NCBI RefSeq assembly: GCF_006345805.1
Contig: NC_042999.1
Location: 13,640,001 to 13,704,000, forward strand
Reading direction: 5' to 3'
Source: Octopus sinensis
Taxonomy: Eukaryota
DNA length: 64,000 nucleotides
Below are positions 1 to 12,171 of this stretch, piece by piece (positions within the stretch are counted from its first letter, which is position 1; every line of letters starts with the position of its first letter). The notes below the pieces were generated by a model. The model worked only from the letters and a program-made list of their open reading frames with translations, ran no database searches and was not told where the DNA came from. The translations under genes and the position numbers were made by a program.

Positions 1-196
1 AAAACAAACAATGCACGAAATTAAAAATATAAAATGACGATAATTTGCCCATCGCTCCCTGTGTGTGTATGTATATATATATATATAATTTAAAATAAAG
101 GTGAGAAATTAGATATTAATTTAATTAACATCGATTTCAAACTAGTGGTCTAACATAAAAAAACTGAAGGTTCCGTAAAACTGTATTATATATATA

Positions 197-396
197 TTAG
201 AGGGAAACCACTATGTGGACACCCATATGCCAGAAATAGATCTGCTACGGTCTCACCACCAAAAAATGTTCTCAAGAAAACTTTAGCAAAACAACCAAAA
301 CGGTTGCTAAATTTTTCTTGAGAACATTTCTTGGTGGTGAGACCGTAGCGGATCTATTTCTAGCATATGGGTGTCCACATAGTGGTTTCCCTCTAA
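197..396. mobile_element. Palindromic (foldback) element in a (TA)n context
   Basis: TTAGAGGGAAACCACTATGTGGACACCCATATG... is mirrored by ...CATATGGGTGTCCACATAGTGGTTTCCCTCTAA. Arms are about 90 bp, the loop is short, and (TA)n lies on both sides. Confidence 0.8.
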
Positions 397-1141
397 TATA
401 TATATATGGATAAATTCAAAGTTAAAAATCTTGACTAAGGAAACGATGCAGTGCTGATGTCAGTATATTAATTAACAAATGTTTTCACTGGTTTCACCAT
501 TTTTAGTTATTTGCTGAGTCCCAGATCAAACCTGGTTGAGTATACCTATAATCAAAAGCATTCTAGTGTTAACCATAATGTTTCTTCTTTTACCAGACAG
601 TGCATGTAAGATTACATGGCCCAATACCTCCTTCCATTTTCTTAAAAATTGAAGGTTATGATTTGAAGAAGATTTAACTGCTACTTCTAACAGGTTATGT
701 GACTACATACAAGCCCCGTGTTGCTTGGTTGCTTTGTGTCTTTCAACTCCATTGTCTGGTATACAGTTGACTTTGTTATTCACAATATTATCTGACTTGA
801 CAAAAAATATCTGTCAAAGACAATTAGTAAGCGAACAACATTTTAATTCTATTTACTGTGTATGTATTTCAATGTTTGTTATACAAACTCCGTTTCATGT
901 TGATAAAACAAACATTTATTCTTAAACAAATTCAAAGATAAGTTCTTAAAAAACACATTTTGACTGATGTATAATAACATTATCTGAAGACATAGTATAT
1001 ATATTTGGATAACAGACTTGGTCTAGCACCTGTTCAACTGACAAATCTATTGAATATTTCTAACAAAGGTGAAAAAAAGCCAAGTTGTCACACAAACTCA
1101 ATGATTAAAGAACTGAGTTTGTAAACCAAAAATAATGAAGA

Positions 1142-1512
1142 GGCGTAGGAGTGGCTGTGTAGTAAGTAGCTTGCTTACCAACCACATGGTTCAGGGTTCA
1201 GTCCCACTGCGTGGCACCTTGGGTAAGTGTATTCTACTATAACCTCAGGTCGACCAAGACCTTGTGAGTGGATTTGGTAGACGGAAACTGAAAGAAGCCC
1301 GTCATATATATGTGTGTCTGTGTGTTTGTCCCCCCAACATTGCTTGACAACCGATGCTGGTGTGTTTATGTTCCCGTAACTTAGTGGTTCGGCAAAAGAT
1401 ACCGATAGAATAAGTACTGGGCTTACAAAAGAATAAGTCCTGGGGTCGATTTGCTCAACTAAAGGTGGTGCTCCAGCATGGCCACAGTCAAATGACTGAA
1501 ACAAGTAAAAGA
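1142..1512 (+). mobile_element. SINE family A (tRNA-like head, internal TA/TG microsatellite, AGTAAAAG tail)
   Basis: A-box-like TGGCTGTGTAGT and B-box-like GGTTCAGTCCC. Near-identical copies at about 7135-7661(-), 9549-10240(+), 12863-13241(+), 14275-14650(-), 18936-19342(+), 19620-20015(+), 26936-27368(-), 33465-33890(+) and 44763-45068(-). Degenerate copies near 3836, 26290, 38525, 42660, 48160, 54210 and 59010. Confidence 0.9.
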
Positions 1513-1589
1513 CTAAACAAGCACCACATTTGTGAGAGGAATCTATCTTAATGATAAGGGGTTAAACATTGAGAGGCCATGAGGATCCA

Positions 1590-2000
1590 TCATCATCATC
1601 GTTTAACGTCCGTTCTCCATGCTAGCATGGGTTGGACGGTTCGACCGGGGATCTGGGAAGCCAGAAGGCTGCACCAGGCTCCAGTTTTATCTGGCAATGT
1701 TTCTACAGCTGGATTCCCTTCCTAACGCCAACCACTCCATGAGTGTAGTGGGTGCTTTTTACGTGCCACCTGTACAGGTGCCAGGCGAGGCTGGCAACGG
1801 CCACGGTCGGATTGGTGTATTTTATGTGCCACCGGCATGGAAGCCAGTCGAGGCGGTGCTGGCATCGGCCACGAGTCGGATAGTGCTTTTTACGTACCAC
1901 CAGACCAGGGATCCTGGCTGGTTCAATTCGATTTCGATTTCGCTTGCCCCAACATGTCTTTGCAAGCAGAGGGGGTTGGCATGGGTGCCTGTCATACGGT
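1590..2000 (-). mobile_element. Family C: 5'-truncated RTE-type 3' tail ending in (GAT)n, with internal ~60-bp tandem units
   Basis: Conserved 3' end ...GGCGTTAGGAAGGGCATCCAGCTGTAGAAA...CCAACCCATGCTAGCATGGAAAGCGGACGTTAAACGATGATG. About 20 copies, e.g. 5908-6250(-), 8380-8906(-), 10925-11140(-), 17780-18005(+), 36215-36600(+), 37160-37450(-), 39590-40055(+), 41350-41830(+), 43340-43680(-), 46655-47235(-, two copies), 48700-49010(-), 57003-57330(-), 60558-60900(-). Confidence 0.85.
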
Positions 2001-2964
2001 CGGGCACCGTATCTATCTATTCAATAGATCCATCCAAGTAAAATAGGAATTAAAGGGATCCATAGGTAAAAAAAAAAATGGTCAAGAACCACTGCTTATA
2101 CTCTTATGAATGTATCCCCTCCCCCACCCGACCCACTGTCTGTATTCTATCCTCTCTTATGCTTACTTTCTTACACCTAAAACATTTGCTTGGCACTCCA
2201 TCATTTCCATCTTTATCTCCTTCTAAAATACCCCCACCCAACCCGATATAATGTGGAATAGCCATGTATTTCTTCTATAGCAAAACATCTATGCTTCACC
2301 CCTCTGTCATACTTTACCCTTTCGACAGAAGTACTCCCCACCACCATCGTTTATTAGCAGGAAGTAGGAAGGGCATCCAGCTGTAGGAACTCTGCCAGAT
2401 CAAGATTGGAGCCTGGTGCGGCCGTCTGGTTCGCCAGCCCGCAGTCAAAATCGTCCAACCCATGCCAGCATGGAAAGCAGACATTAAACGATGATAATGT
2501 TGATGATTATCTCTCCCTGTTTTTGCTTTACAAGTTACTTGTGACTCGCTATTGCAGGTGATACGAGAAAAAAAGCACTCCATATACACTGTAACAGGGT
2601 TGGCATTAGGAGGGGCACACATCTGTTGAAACCAAGCCAAGGCAGACGTTGGGGCACTATGTAGTCCTTGAACTTACCAGATCTTGTCAAATACTCCTAC
2701 TAATGCCAGCTAGGAACACAGATGTTAAATGATGAGGATAACATTTTTAGGGTTCCACATAGGAAGCATTATGATGGTGCCATGTAAAAAGTATTCAATG
2801 CATTTTGTAAAGTGGTTGGCATTACGAAGGGCATCCAACCATAGAAAACTAAACAAAACAGACCATGGAACCTGGTGTGGCCTCTGACCTTGCCAGCTCT
2901 GATCAAGCCATCCAACCCATGCCAGCACGGAAAACAGATGTTAAATGATAATGATGATGCTTAA

Positions 2965-3185
2965 CCCTTTAGCATTTAAACCGGCCATATCTGGCCAAAA
3001 GTATTCTGCCTGTTTTATGTTCAAACTGGCCAGATCTGGTCTCTCACACCAGCCCTACAATGTCGTTTTAAAAATTAACAGCTACCTCATCAAAATCTCA
3101 TAGCACCAAGATAATGCCTGATTAGTTCAAGGCAATGTGGATAAAAAAGGATTAATTTTGGCAGAATAATGTGAACACTAAAGGG
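2965..3185. mobile_element. piggyBac-like MITE (TTAA|CCCT...AGGG|TTAA)
   Basis: TTAA at 2961-2964 and 3186-3189 with terminal inverted CCCTTTAG/CTAAAGGG. Related copies at 58090-58292 and about 49855-50070. Confidence 0.75.
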
Positions 3186-5160
3186 TTAAAGACACACACA
3201 ACAGATTTTCAGAGAGCTTTTGTCTACCAAGGATATAGTAGAAAGCATTTGTTCAAGATGCTGAGCAGTGGGATTGAACCTGGAATCACAGAGTTGCAAT
3301 GTGAATTTCTACACCAAACAGCCATGCCTGATCTAAGTTCAGACAGTGTCCCATCAAAGCTAAACTTAAACTAGACTAAAGGGTGTTTACAATGTTGCTG
3401 TTATTTAATGATCAACAAGATAATCTCGCTGTACATTCTTGTATGTGTACTCGTTGACCTCAGGTGCTTCGTTGAAATAAGGATACGAGCCAAGAAAATA
3501 GTTTTAAATAATAAAAGATGAAAAAAGAAAAAAAAAGAAAGAAATTATTAGAGAAGGTTCAGTAACGAAACTGATTTGATTATCCATAATTCTATCTTTG
3601 GGGTAGCTGTCAGTCTGCAGATAAATGGCTTTAGGATGGGAAGGAAAGATAAGATTCAAACTAGCTGTAACAATTAAATTTCTGTCTGTTATCCTTCTCA
3701 TTAAAAACAAGGTGTTTGCTTTGTGGGGGAAACAAAATAATAGGTTAACAAAATGCTGCCAAATTTTAAATATTTCGTGACTGCAAATAGCATGGAATAC
3801 TCTTGATTCTGCGAATTGTATTTAAATATAGAGATGTAGGCATGGCTGTAGAGTGGTCAAGAAGCTCAATTTTCAACCATGTGGTTCTGGGTTCAGTCCC
3901 ACAGCTCGGCATCTTGAGCAAGTGCCAACAAATGTCGAGAGAATTTGTTAGATGCAATTTGAGTGGAAATCCACAGCAGATGCATGTGCATGCATGTGTG
4001 TGCGTGCATACGCGCGTGTGTGTTGTTCAATGTTGTTTGTTTCCTACCACTGCTTAACAGCCGATGTTGGTTTGTTTACATCCATTAACAATTTGGCAAA
4101 TTGATCAATAGAACATTAAGACTTTAAAAAGAAAAAAAATGTACTGGGGTCTTTTGTTCAATGAAACCCTTTAAGGTAGTGCCCCAGAATGGCCCCTGTC
4201 CAATGACAAAAACAAGTACAACAAAAAAGACGAAAACATAGATGGCATTAAGCATCAAGGAACACAGCTACTAGATTATGCTTATCGATTCTAAAGTCAC
4301 TGAAAGCCAAGCTTCATTTGTTAGGATTCTAATTCTGAGGCCCAAGTCAGGAACAATTATAATTTCAATAAGTTTGAGTGATGAATTGACAGCATCAGTT
4401 GACTGTCATGTTTACCCAGTCCCCGTCTCTAACCATCTCTCACCCTCCCATACACTCTTGCAACCTCTACTCATCCACACTCCTTGTTCTCCTGTCCCCA
4501 CTCACATCTACTCACTTTCATACCATGAGGGTCCACTCCGACAGTTCATCACTCCTATTTTTATCTCTCATTCCAGACCCATCCTGGTTATTTCCACTCA
4601 ATTTTCTATAGTGTCAGTAGCTATGTAGCTCAGTAACTCCTCTACAACAAAATCCCTCTTCTTTTCTGGCTCATCTTCTAGCATAAAGCCAAGCCAACAC
4701 ACACACACACACTCTCTCTCTCTCCTGTAGCCCCATTCAGTTGATGGGGATCTTAATCTTGCAAGTTGTATGGTGACCTCACTAATGCTGGTGCCATGAA
4801 AATAACAACACTCACTATATTCTGTATAGTGGGTAGTGTTAGTTTCCACCCAGCCAGAGAAACCATGTCAAAGCAGACATTAGTACATGAAGCACTCCTC
4901 CTACATGTTGCATCCTGTCAAACCATGGAATGATGACGACGACAATATCTCTTACATTACTTCAACACAAACCTCAAACTTTGAAAAGTCAATTAAGTTT
5001 ATCCAAATACTTGACAGATATATATGTTTATCAACATTGCAAAGATGAAAGGCAAAGTCAGGCCCAGATAGATTTGGACTTAGAACTTAAGTGGAGCATC
5101 AATCACTTAATACCACATTTAGACTGTTATTATAAATTCAACCAATAATAATAATAATAA

Positions 5161-5518
5161 TAAGAGCACTCAGAGAGTGCAAACCTCCACCAAGGCAACA
5201 TCAATGTCTTCTCAATAATTAATTGGAGATGATTTCTAAAATGAGAATATCTGAAATAAACTCGACTGCTCTTACAAACAAGAATACTAAAAGTGAACCT
5301 GACTGCTCTCAAAAATTAAGTGAAAAAAAACAGGAAAAATAATCCAGAATCCTTGTCCAGTACTGGATTGATCCCAAAATGTAATCAGATCATGCCAGTC
5401 ACGAGGCCAAACATCCCTGAAAGTTTCGTCTGAATCCATCCAGCGGGCCTTGAGATATTTTGTCCGTGGACAAACACAGAAGACTGAAAATAATCCCTCC
5501 GCCTTCGTTAACGAGGAA

Positions 5519-5520
<2 letters not shown>
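5161..5520 (-). mobile_element. Helentron-associated (HINE/DINE-1-like) non-autonomous element in (TAA)n
   Basis: On the minus strand it starts TTACTTCCTCGTTAACGAAGGCGGAGG and ends GCCTTGGTGGAGGTTTGCACTCTCTGAGTGCTCT, giving a sub-terminal inverted repeat plus a 3' stem-loop GCACTC/GAGTGC. Both flanks are T-rich. Confidence 0.55.
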
Positions 5521-5570
<50 letters not shown>

Positions 5571-5572
<2 letters not shown>

Positions 5573-5904
5573 GTCCTGATGCAGTACCAGGCAATGGCTC
5601 TCGTGTCTTCTGATCTTAACTGATTGGAAGCGTTATCATATACATTGTTTTGTCTTGGTATAAAAGATGGACTACAGCAAATATTCTGCTCAATACCACA
5701 GATTTGCTTGTCAGTTGTTTGACCTTAACCAGTTAAGCATGTCCCTTAATGGCTGACGATATGTGCATCTCTGATCACGAGCAGAAGTAGTGGGGGAGCA
5801 TCATAGCCATGTGTTGAGAGGGATTCTTTGGAGTTTGAATAATTCACCTCTGGAAACATGGGTGTTTTCTTCATTATCCTTAAACAAATCTTATTCAAGG
5901 ACTA

Positions 5905-5905
<1 letters not shown>
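5571..5905 (+). mobile_element. (TAA)n-associated non-autonomous element (5' part), related to 22680-22912
   Basis: Begins directly after (TAA)n with ATGTCCTGATGCAGTACCAGG. It shares GAAGTAGTGGGGGAGCATCATAGCC and AATTCACCTCTGGAAACATGGGTG with the reverse complement of 22790-22910. Confidence 0.7.
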
Positions 5906-5938
<33 letters not shown>

Positions 5939-6451
5939 GTTTAACGTCCGCTTTCCATGCTAGCATGGGTTGGACGGTTCAACTGGGGTCTGGGGAGCCT
6001 GAAGGCTGCACCAGGCCAGTCAGATCTGGCAGTGTTTCTACAGCTGGATGCCCTTCCTAACGCCAACCACTCCGAGAGTGTAGTGGGTGATTTTATGTGC
6101 CACCGACACAGGTGCCAGACGAGGCTGGCGAACGGCCACGCTCGGATGGTGTTTTTTATGTGCCATCGACAGAGGTGCCAGACGAGGCTGGCAGACGGCC
6201 ACGCTCAGATGGTGTTTTTTATGTGCCACCGACACAGGTGCCAGACGAGGCTAGGGCCTCACCTTCAAGGTCATATACTGTTTATTTTGATATAAGATCA
6301 CTATGTCACGCACATATGGTTGTGATGCATGTGCTTGGTGTACCCTTATCAGACGGGTAGTCATGATGGGTATATTGGGCTTCGTGTACTTAACCCCAGT
6401 GTCACTTTGATGGCATATGCTACTCTCTCACTCAATAATAATGATAATAAC

Positions 6452-6484
<33 letters not shown>

Positions 6485-6509
6485 TAAAATAATAATAATA
6501 ATAATAATC

Positions 6510-6710
6510 CTTTCTACTATAGGCACAAGGCCTGAAAATTGGAGGAGGGGGTAGTCTATATATTAACCTCAGTGTTATTTCATTGACCCCGAAAGGATGA
6601 AAGGCAAAGTTGACCTCAGCAGAATTTGAACTCAGAATGTAAGGGCCAACAAAATGCTACTAAGCATTTTGGCCCAGCATGCTAACGATTCTGCCAGCTC
6701 ACTGCCTTAA
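6510..6710 (-). mobile_element. SINE family B (head GGCAGCGAGCTGGCAGAATCGTTAGC, core GTCGACTTTGCCTTTCATCCTTTCGGGGTCGA)
   Basis: B-box-like GAGTTCAAATTC. Copies at about 14690-14883(-), 23429-23650(+), 24260-24385(-), 32415-32620(-), 33057-33288(+), 38990-39410(-, two), 44400-44700 (divergent pair), 49545-49730(+), 54752-55160(+, two) and 57670-57800(-). Confidence 0.88.
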
Positions 6711-6867
6711 TTAAGATGATAATTATGAGGTGGGGGGAGTGAGATTTCTCAGAGATTTGAGCTCAGAAAGGGTAACTACTGAGCAATATGGTCCAATGTC
6801 ACTCTCACTCCATTGGTCACACTTAGATTTAAGAAGTGATAATGAGTTTTAAAAAAAAAGTACTTAC

Positions 6868-7014
6868 ATCATTTCGTATCTGAAATCTCTGTAAAAATCC
6901 AAGATCTAGGAACATCCGAACACAAGCTTGTAAGGTATTGTCATCGTCTAATGTGAAGTCGTTGAAGTTGTAATCAAGCAGATTGAAATCTGATGACGTT
7001 GGAACCGTGATGCT
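6868..7014 (-). CDS. PDE11: PDE11-like phosphodiesterase, internal coding exon (start of catalytic PDEase_I domain), 147 nt
   Basis: ttttctaaag|AGC...GAT|gtaagt. Translates SITVPTSSDFNLLDYNFNDFTLDDDNTLQACVRMFLDLGFLQRFQIRND. The next expected exon (LCRW...HNWRH) was not found in 1-6867, so it presumably lies beyond the window. PDE11 rather than PDE5/6 is assigned from remembered similarity only. Confidence 0.95.
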
Positions 7015-7466
7015 CTTTAGAAAACAAAGTAAAAAAAGAAACAAAGCAAGTTAAGACATACATCATCATCATCATTTAGCGTCCGTTCTCCATGCTAGCA
7101 TAAATAAATACAATCATTAAAACAATTACTCTTTTTCCCTTTTACTTGTTTCAGTCATCAGACTGTGGCCATGCTGGAGCACCGCCTTTAGTCGAGAAAA
7201 TCGACCCCAGGACTTATTCTTTGTAAGCCTTGTACATATTCTATCGGTCTCTTTTGCCGAACCACCAACTTACGGGGACGTAAACACACCAGCATCGGTT
7301 ATCAAGCGATGTTGGGGAGACAAACACACATACATATATATATATATATACATACCAGAGTAAACACATAAATGTGAAACAAGGTGGAAAAAAAATGTTC
7401 GACAAATGGGAACGTGAAACTCAGAGTAACAGGTTTTGTTGAATTTTTTGCTGCTTTTAAATAAAG

Positions 7467-7506
<40 letters not shown>

Positions 7507-7899
7507 TATGATGGACTTCTTTCAGTTTCTGTCTACCAAATCCACTCACAAGGCTTTGGTCGGCCCGAGGCTATAGTAGAAGACTATTGCCCAAGGTGCC
7601 ATGCAGTGGGACTGAACCCAGAATCATGTGGCCCGTAAGCAAGCTACTTACCACACAGACACTGAAATTGGTCATTTTCTATAAATGATTATTGAAACAA
7701 TGTAACAACTTATACTATCAAGTTGAGTAAAACATAAGCAACGTTTTGAACCATGAAGAATTTGTACCAGAGTTTTGCAGAATCTTGAATTTTTTTCTTT
7801 AACATTTTTTATCAAATGTCTGATGATACGGACATAGACTTGCCCCAAATCATCAATAAACTGGCATTGATATTTTTTTTCCCTGTTGTTACAATCATC

Positions 7900-8378
7900 T
7901 GAAATGGAACTGTGAAAGCATGATAACTGAGCAATTTTGCTTTTCAACTTCGAAAAATGATGAAAAACAGCTACAACTGCTCACGATATCAGCGAAACAT
8001 CTGGTGAAGAAATGACCAGTGAGTGGTCATCTCGTAAATGGTTTAAACTATTTTGCAGTGGAGACCAGTTCCTTGTAGATCGTGAGTATAGTGGACGCCC
8101 ACCTTTCATTGATGACAGTCAATTAAAGACTGTCATTGAGAAAAATCCACGTAAAACCATTCGAGAACTGGCAAAAAAACCTCATTAGCCAGAAAACTGC
8201 CCACAACCATTTGCATGTAATCAGAAAATCATAAAAAATCCAAGAAATGGGTACCACACGATTTGAATGAAAATCAGACAATGTGCAGATATGAAATTTT
8301 CTCGTCACTTCTTCTCTGTAACCAGACCGATTCATTTCTCAACCGCATTGTAACTTGCAATGGAAAGTGGATTCTGTA

Positions 8379-8412
<34 letters not shown>

Positions 8413-9260
8413 GTTTAACGTCCGCTTTCCATGCTAGCATGGGTTGGACAGTTCAACTGGGGTCTGGGAAGCCCGACGGCTGCACCAGGCCAGTCAGATC
8501 TGGCAGTGTTTCTACAGCTAGATGCCCTTCCTAACGCCAACCACTCCGTGAGTGTAGTGGGTGCTTTTTATGTGCCACCGACACAGGTGCCAGACGAGGC
8601 TGGCGAACGGCCACGCTCGGATGGTGTTTTTTATGTGCCACCGACACAGGTGCCAGACGAGGCTGGCAGACGGCCACACTCGGATGGTGTTTTTTATGTG
8701 CCACCGACACAGGTGCCAGACGAGGCTGGCGAACGGCCACGCTCGGATGGTGCTTGTTACGTGCCACCGGCACGGAGGCCAGGCGAGGCTGGCACGGCCA
8801 CGATCGGATGGTGTTTGTTATGTGCCCACAGCACGGAGGCAGTCGATGCGGTACTGGCTACAGCTACGTTCGGATGGTTTTCTTATGTGCCACCGGCACT
8901 GGTACCACAAAAGATTATTTGCAAGGACTGAACCAAAATGATGCACCAAAAACCTTCCCTAAACCCGAGCTCTTCAAAAAGAAGGTTATGGTAGCTGTTT
9001 GGTGCTGTATTGCTAGACTCACCCACTATAACTTTTTAAAGCCCTAAAAAAAACATTATTGCAGAAACATGTTGCCATGAAATTGCCAAAATGAACAGAA
9101 AACTGTTATTCCTCCATCCCAGACTGGGCAACAGAAGAGGGCCAATCATTTTTTATGATAATGCTCAACTACTCCAAAGTTGGAAGAACCTGGCTACGAA
9201 GTTCTTTCCACCCTGCTTATTCCCCAGACTTTTCTCCTACTGAATACCGCTTTTGGTTTC
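7900..9260 (+). mobile_element. Decayed mariner (Tc1/mariner) transposase, interrupted by a family C insertion at 8380-8906
   Basis: Frameshifted translation gives SGRPPFIDDSQLKTVIEKNPRKTIRELA, KKWVPHDLNENQ (TGG at 8248), FLNRIVTCNGKWILY, then after the insertion PKPELFKKKVMVAVW, IIFYDNA and HPAYSPDFSPTEY (TAT at 9218). These are the WVPHEL and YSPDL motifs of mariner. Confidence 0.9.
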
Positions 9261-9707
9261 CTGTGAGAGGAGGAGCTCAAAAATCAAACCGATGCTGAAA
9301 TTTGAGTACAGAGCAGTAATAAGAAATTATAATGACAAAAGAACAATGAGGTTGTTATGAACTTCATTAGCTTGCAGCTGTTTCTGCTATAAGGCACAAT
9401 GCACAGTTGAATGCTTGTGTTTCACCTTATAGCTTCACCAGAGCATCAGACATAATGCACTTAATGCTATAAGATGCAATCTTACAGCTGAAACAGCTGT
9501 AAGTTAATGACGTTTATAACATAATTTCATCTTCCTTTGTCGTGTCAAGCGCAGGAGTGGCTGTGTTTTAAGTAGCTTGCTTCTCAACCACATGGTTCTG
9601 GGTTCTGTCCTACTGAGTAGCACCTTGGGCCAGTGTCTTCTACTATAACTGCAGGCCGACCAAAGCCTTGTGAATGGATTTGGTAGACGGAAACTAAAAG
9701 AAGCCTG

Positions 9708-9788
<81 letters not shown>

Positions 9789-9817
9789 AAGATAGATAGA
9801 TATATACATACATACAT

Positions 9818-9844
<27 letters not shown>

Positions 9845-9853
<9 letters not shown>

Positions 9854-10030
9854 ACCATGATTGACTGCTAAATCCATAAGATTTTTTTTTTATTCTCTCT
9901 CAATTTATTTCCTCGTGTTCCTTTCTGCTGAAGAGCATAGGCTTGAAATGTAAAAGACTTTCTCACCTTCCCAAGCATCAAACTCATACACCTGTTTGTC
10001 TTTTGTTTTTCTGTAAATTTCAACTATATA
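9845..10030 (+). mobile_element. Penelope pLTR-like fragment with degenerate hammerhead-like motif, nested in the microsatellite of a family A SINE
   Basis: CTGCTGA-A-GAGC ATAG GCTT-GAAA-TGTA-AAAG at 9925-9955. A second diverged copy lies at about 45335-45500. Both end in ...TTTCAACTATATA. Confidence 0.5.
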
Positions 10031-11925
10031 TGTGTGTGTGTGTGTTTGTTCTCCCACCATCGCTTGACAACTGATGCCGGTATGTTTACATCCCTGTAAC
10101 TTAGCGGTCTAGCAAAACAGACCAATAGAATAAGTACTAGGCTTACAAAGAATAAGTCCTGGGATTGATCTGTTCGATTAAAGGCAGTACTCCAGCATGG
10201 CCACAGTCAAACGACTGAAACAAGTAAAACAATAAAAGAATGCATCAGTTATGTCACTTTGACCTCCTCTGTTAGCACATTTTTTAAGCAGAAGAAAATG
10301 TTGGCATTGGGTTTCTGTTGACACCTGGCACTAAATGATTAACTGTGATGATGGTTGTAGTTAGAACTGCGGTGTTGGAGATGTTGACTAACAAGGCTGA
10401 TTTTGTTGGTCTAAAAAACCAATTTATTATATAAATACATGTCTGCACAAACATGTCAGGCTGTTCAGTGAAGGCCTCAACAAACTAGAGTATAGCCATG
10501 TAATGAGAGGGTATAATGAATGCTGTGTAAAATGTGTTAGGTGCTGTCGGTGGACTTCGTAACCCTACACTTTCTCTGATCATTTAGCCAACAGTTTTAA
10601 ATTGTGAACTGTAGAAGGGGAAGACTTGGACACAGTAAATGTAAAATTAGAAAGGGTACTGGTGTCATGTAAAAGGTGCCCATGTAGGTGCCATTCAAAA
10701 AATATCCATGCTAGTGCTATGTATAAAGCACTCATGCCGGTGCCACATGAAAGCACCCAGCACACTCTGTAAAGGGGTTGGCAATAGGAAGGACATCCAC
10801 TTGTAGAATCCATGTCAAAACAGGCAACTGCAGTCTGGTGCAGCTCTCCAACTTGTTAGCTCCTGTAAAACCATTTAGCCCATGCCAGCCTGAATGTAGC
10901 CCATTGTATGTATGTGTATATATATCATCATCTTTGTTTAACGTCCGCTTTCCATGCTAGCATGGGTTGGACGATTTGACTGAGGACTGGCAAACCAGAT
11001 GGCTGCACCAGGTTCCAATCTTGATCAGGCAGAGTTTCTACAGCTGGATGCCCTTCCTAACGCCAACCACTCAGAGAGTGTAGCGGGTGCTTTTACATGC
11101 CACCGGCACAAGGGCCAGTCGGGCACTACTGGCAACGGTCACAAAAAAAATCTATTTTTTTGGTGGGGGTTTGCAAGATTCTTGATGTGAATTTGTGTGT
11201 TCAAACAAATCTTACTGTGTCTTGGGAGGGTCGTTTCGCCAATAACAATAAAACACAAACACTGGTTCAATATCACTTCTTTATTGTTAGTCGGTTGAAT
11301 ATCGAACCAACAAACAAATCAGTCGTTTGTTTAATGTGTTGGTTAAACAATCTATCTGTTTGTTTGTTAGACAAAGTCCTTTCATTGCTATTCATGATAT
11401 TCTCAATGACTTGCTCTCTCTCCTCAAGGTCTGCTCTGAGTCTGTCCGACTAACAAACAACCAACTGATTGTTTAACTAACTCACTAATCAAATGATCGA
11501 TTAGTTAGTTGGTTAGATGTCTGATTAACTAACAATAAAGAAGTGGTATTGAGCCAGTGTGTGTGTTGTTATTATTGGCATAATGACTCACCCAAGACAA
11601 AAACAAGCTAAATTTAAAGCTTCATCAAAATTCCATGTTAGTTTATGTTCTACAAACCAACTTAATAATGAGTAAGTAATGAGTGATTCTTCGTTATCTT
11701 CAAAATTAATTGAAATGAAATCAGTATATTTCAACAGAGATATGGTTACCAAAATGGGTAAACACAAGTCTGTTTCATCAGGGTAGATTAGGATCTTAAT
11801 AACAACAATGATTGTTCCAACACAAAGACATCCCACTCAAGCAAGCCTTGGATAAATAAATGGAAAACAGACCAGCCTAAACAGCTCGCTAAAACAACAA
11901 TGAAAATAAACAAAGAAATGCTTAC

Positions 11926-12069
11926 TTTGAGTTTTTCAGCTTCTTCACCCGACGCTGTAGCATGGTAGGAGAGAACTTCCAGAGAAACTTGCTGTCGAGC
12001 TATTGCCTTCACTGCCTTTTCGTACATCTGTGTGTTATCAATTCCCATGCCACAGAAGATGGCAAAAGC
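11926..12069 (-). CDS. PDE11: PDE11-like phosphodiesterase, internal coding exon (end of GAF-B and linker helix), 144 nt
   Basis: ttttcttgtag|GCT...AAA|gtaagc. Translates [48 protein letters not shown]. Confidence 0.95.
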
Positions 12070-12095
12070 CTACAAGAAAATAACAAGCATAGGTT

Positions 12096-12136
<41 letters not shown>

Positions 12137-12171
12137 ATACAAGAGTAAAAGTTCTAAGTAGTGTACAGTAA

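Noticed and set aside
1-6867. Next catalytic-domain exon (LCRW...HNWRH)
   Set aside because: No matching codons were found on the minus strand by eye. It is presumably outside the window.
8560-8906. CRISPR-like array (conserved hairpin repeat with variable intervening sequence)
   Set aside because: The intervening segments are homologous to each other, the array is part of a dispersed retroelement tail, the DNA is eukaryotic and there are no cas genes.
8431-8931. MLAWVG... ORFs recurring at many loci as a gene family
   Set aside because: They are antisense readings of the family C repeat tail, and their length tracks the number of tandem units.
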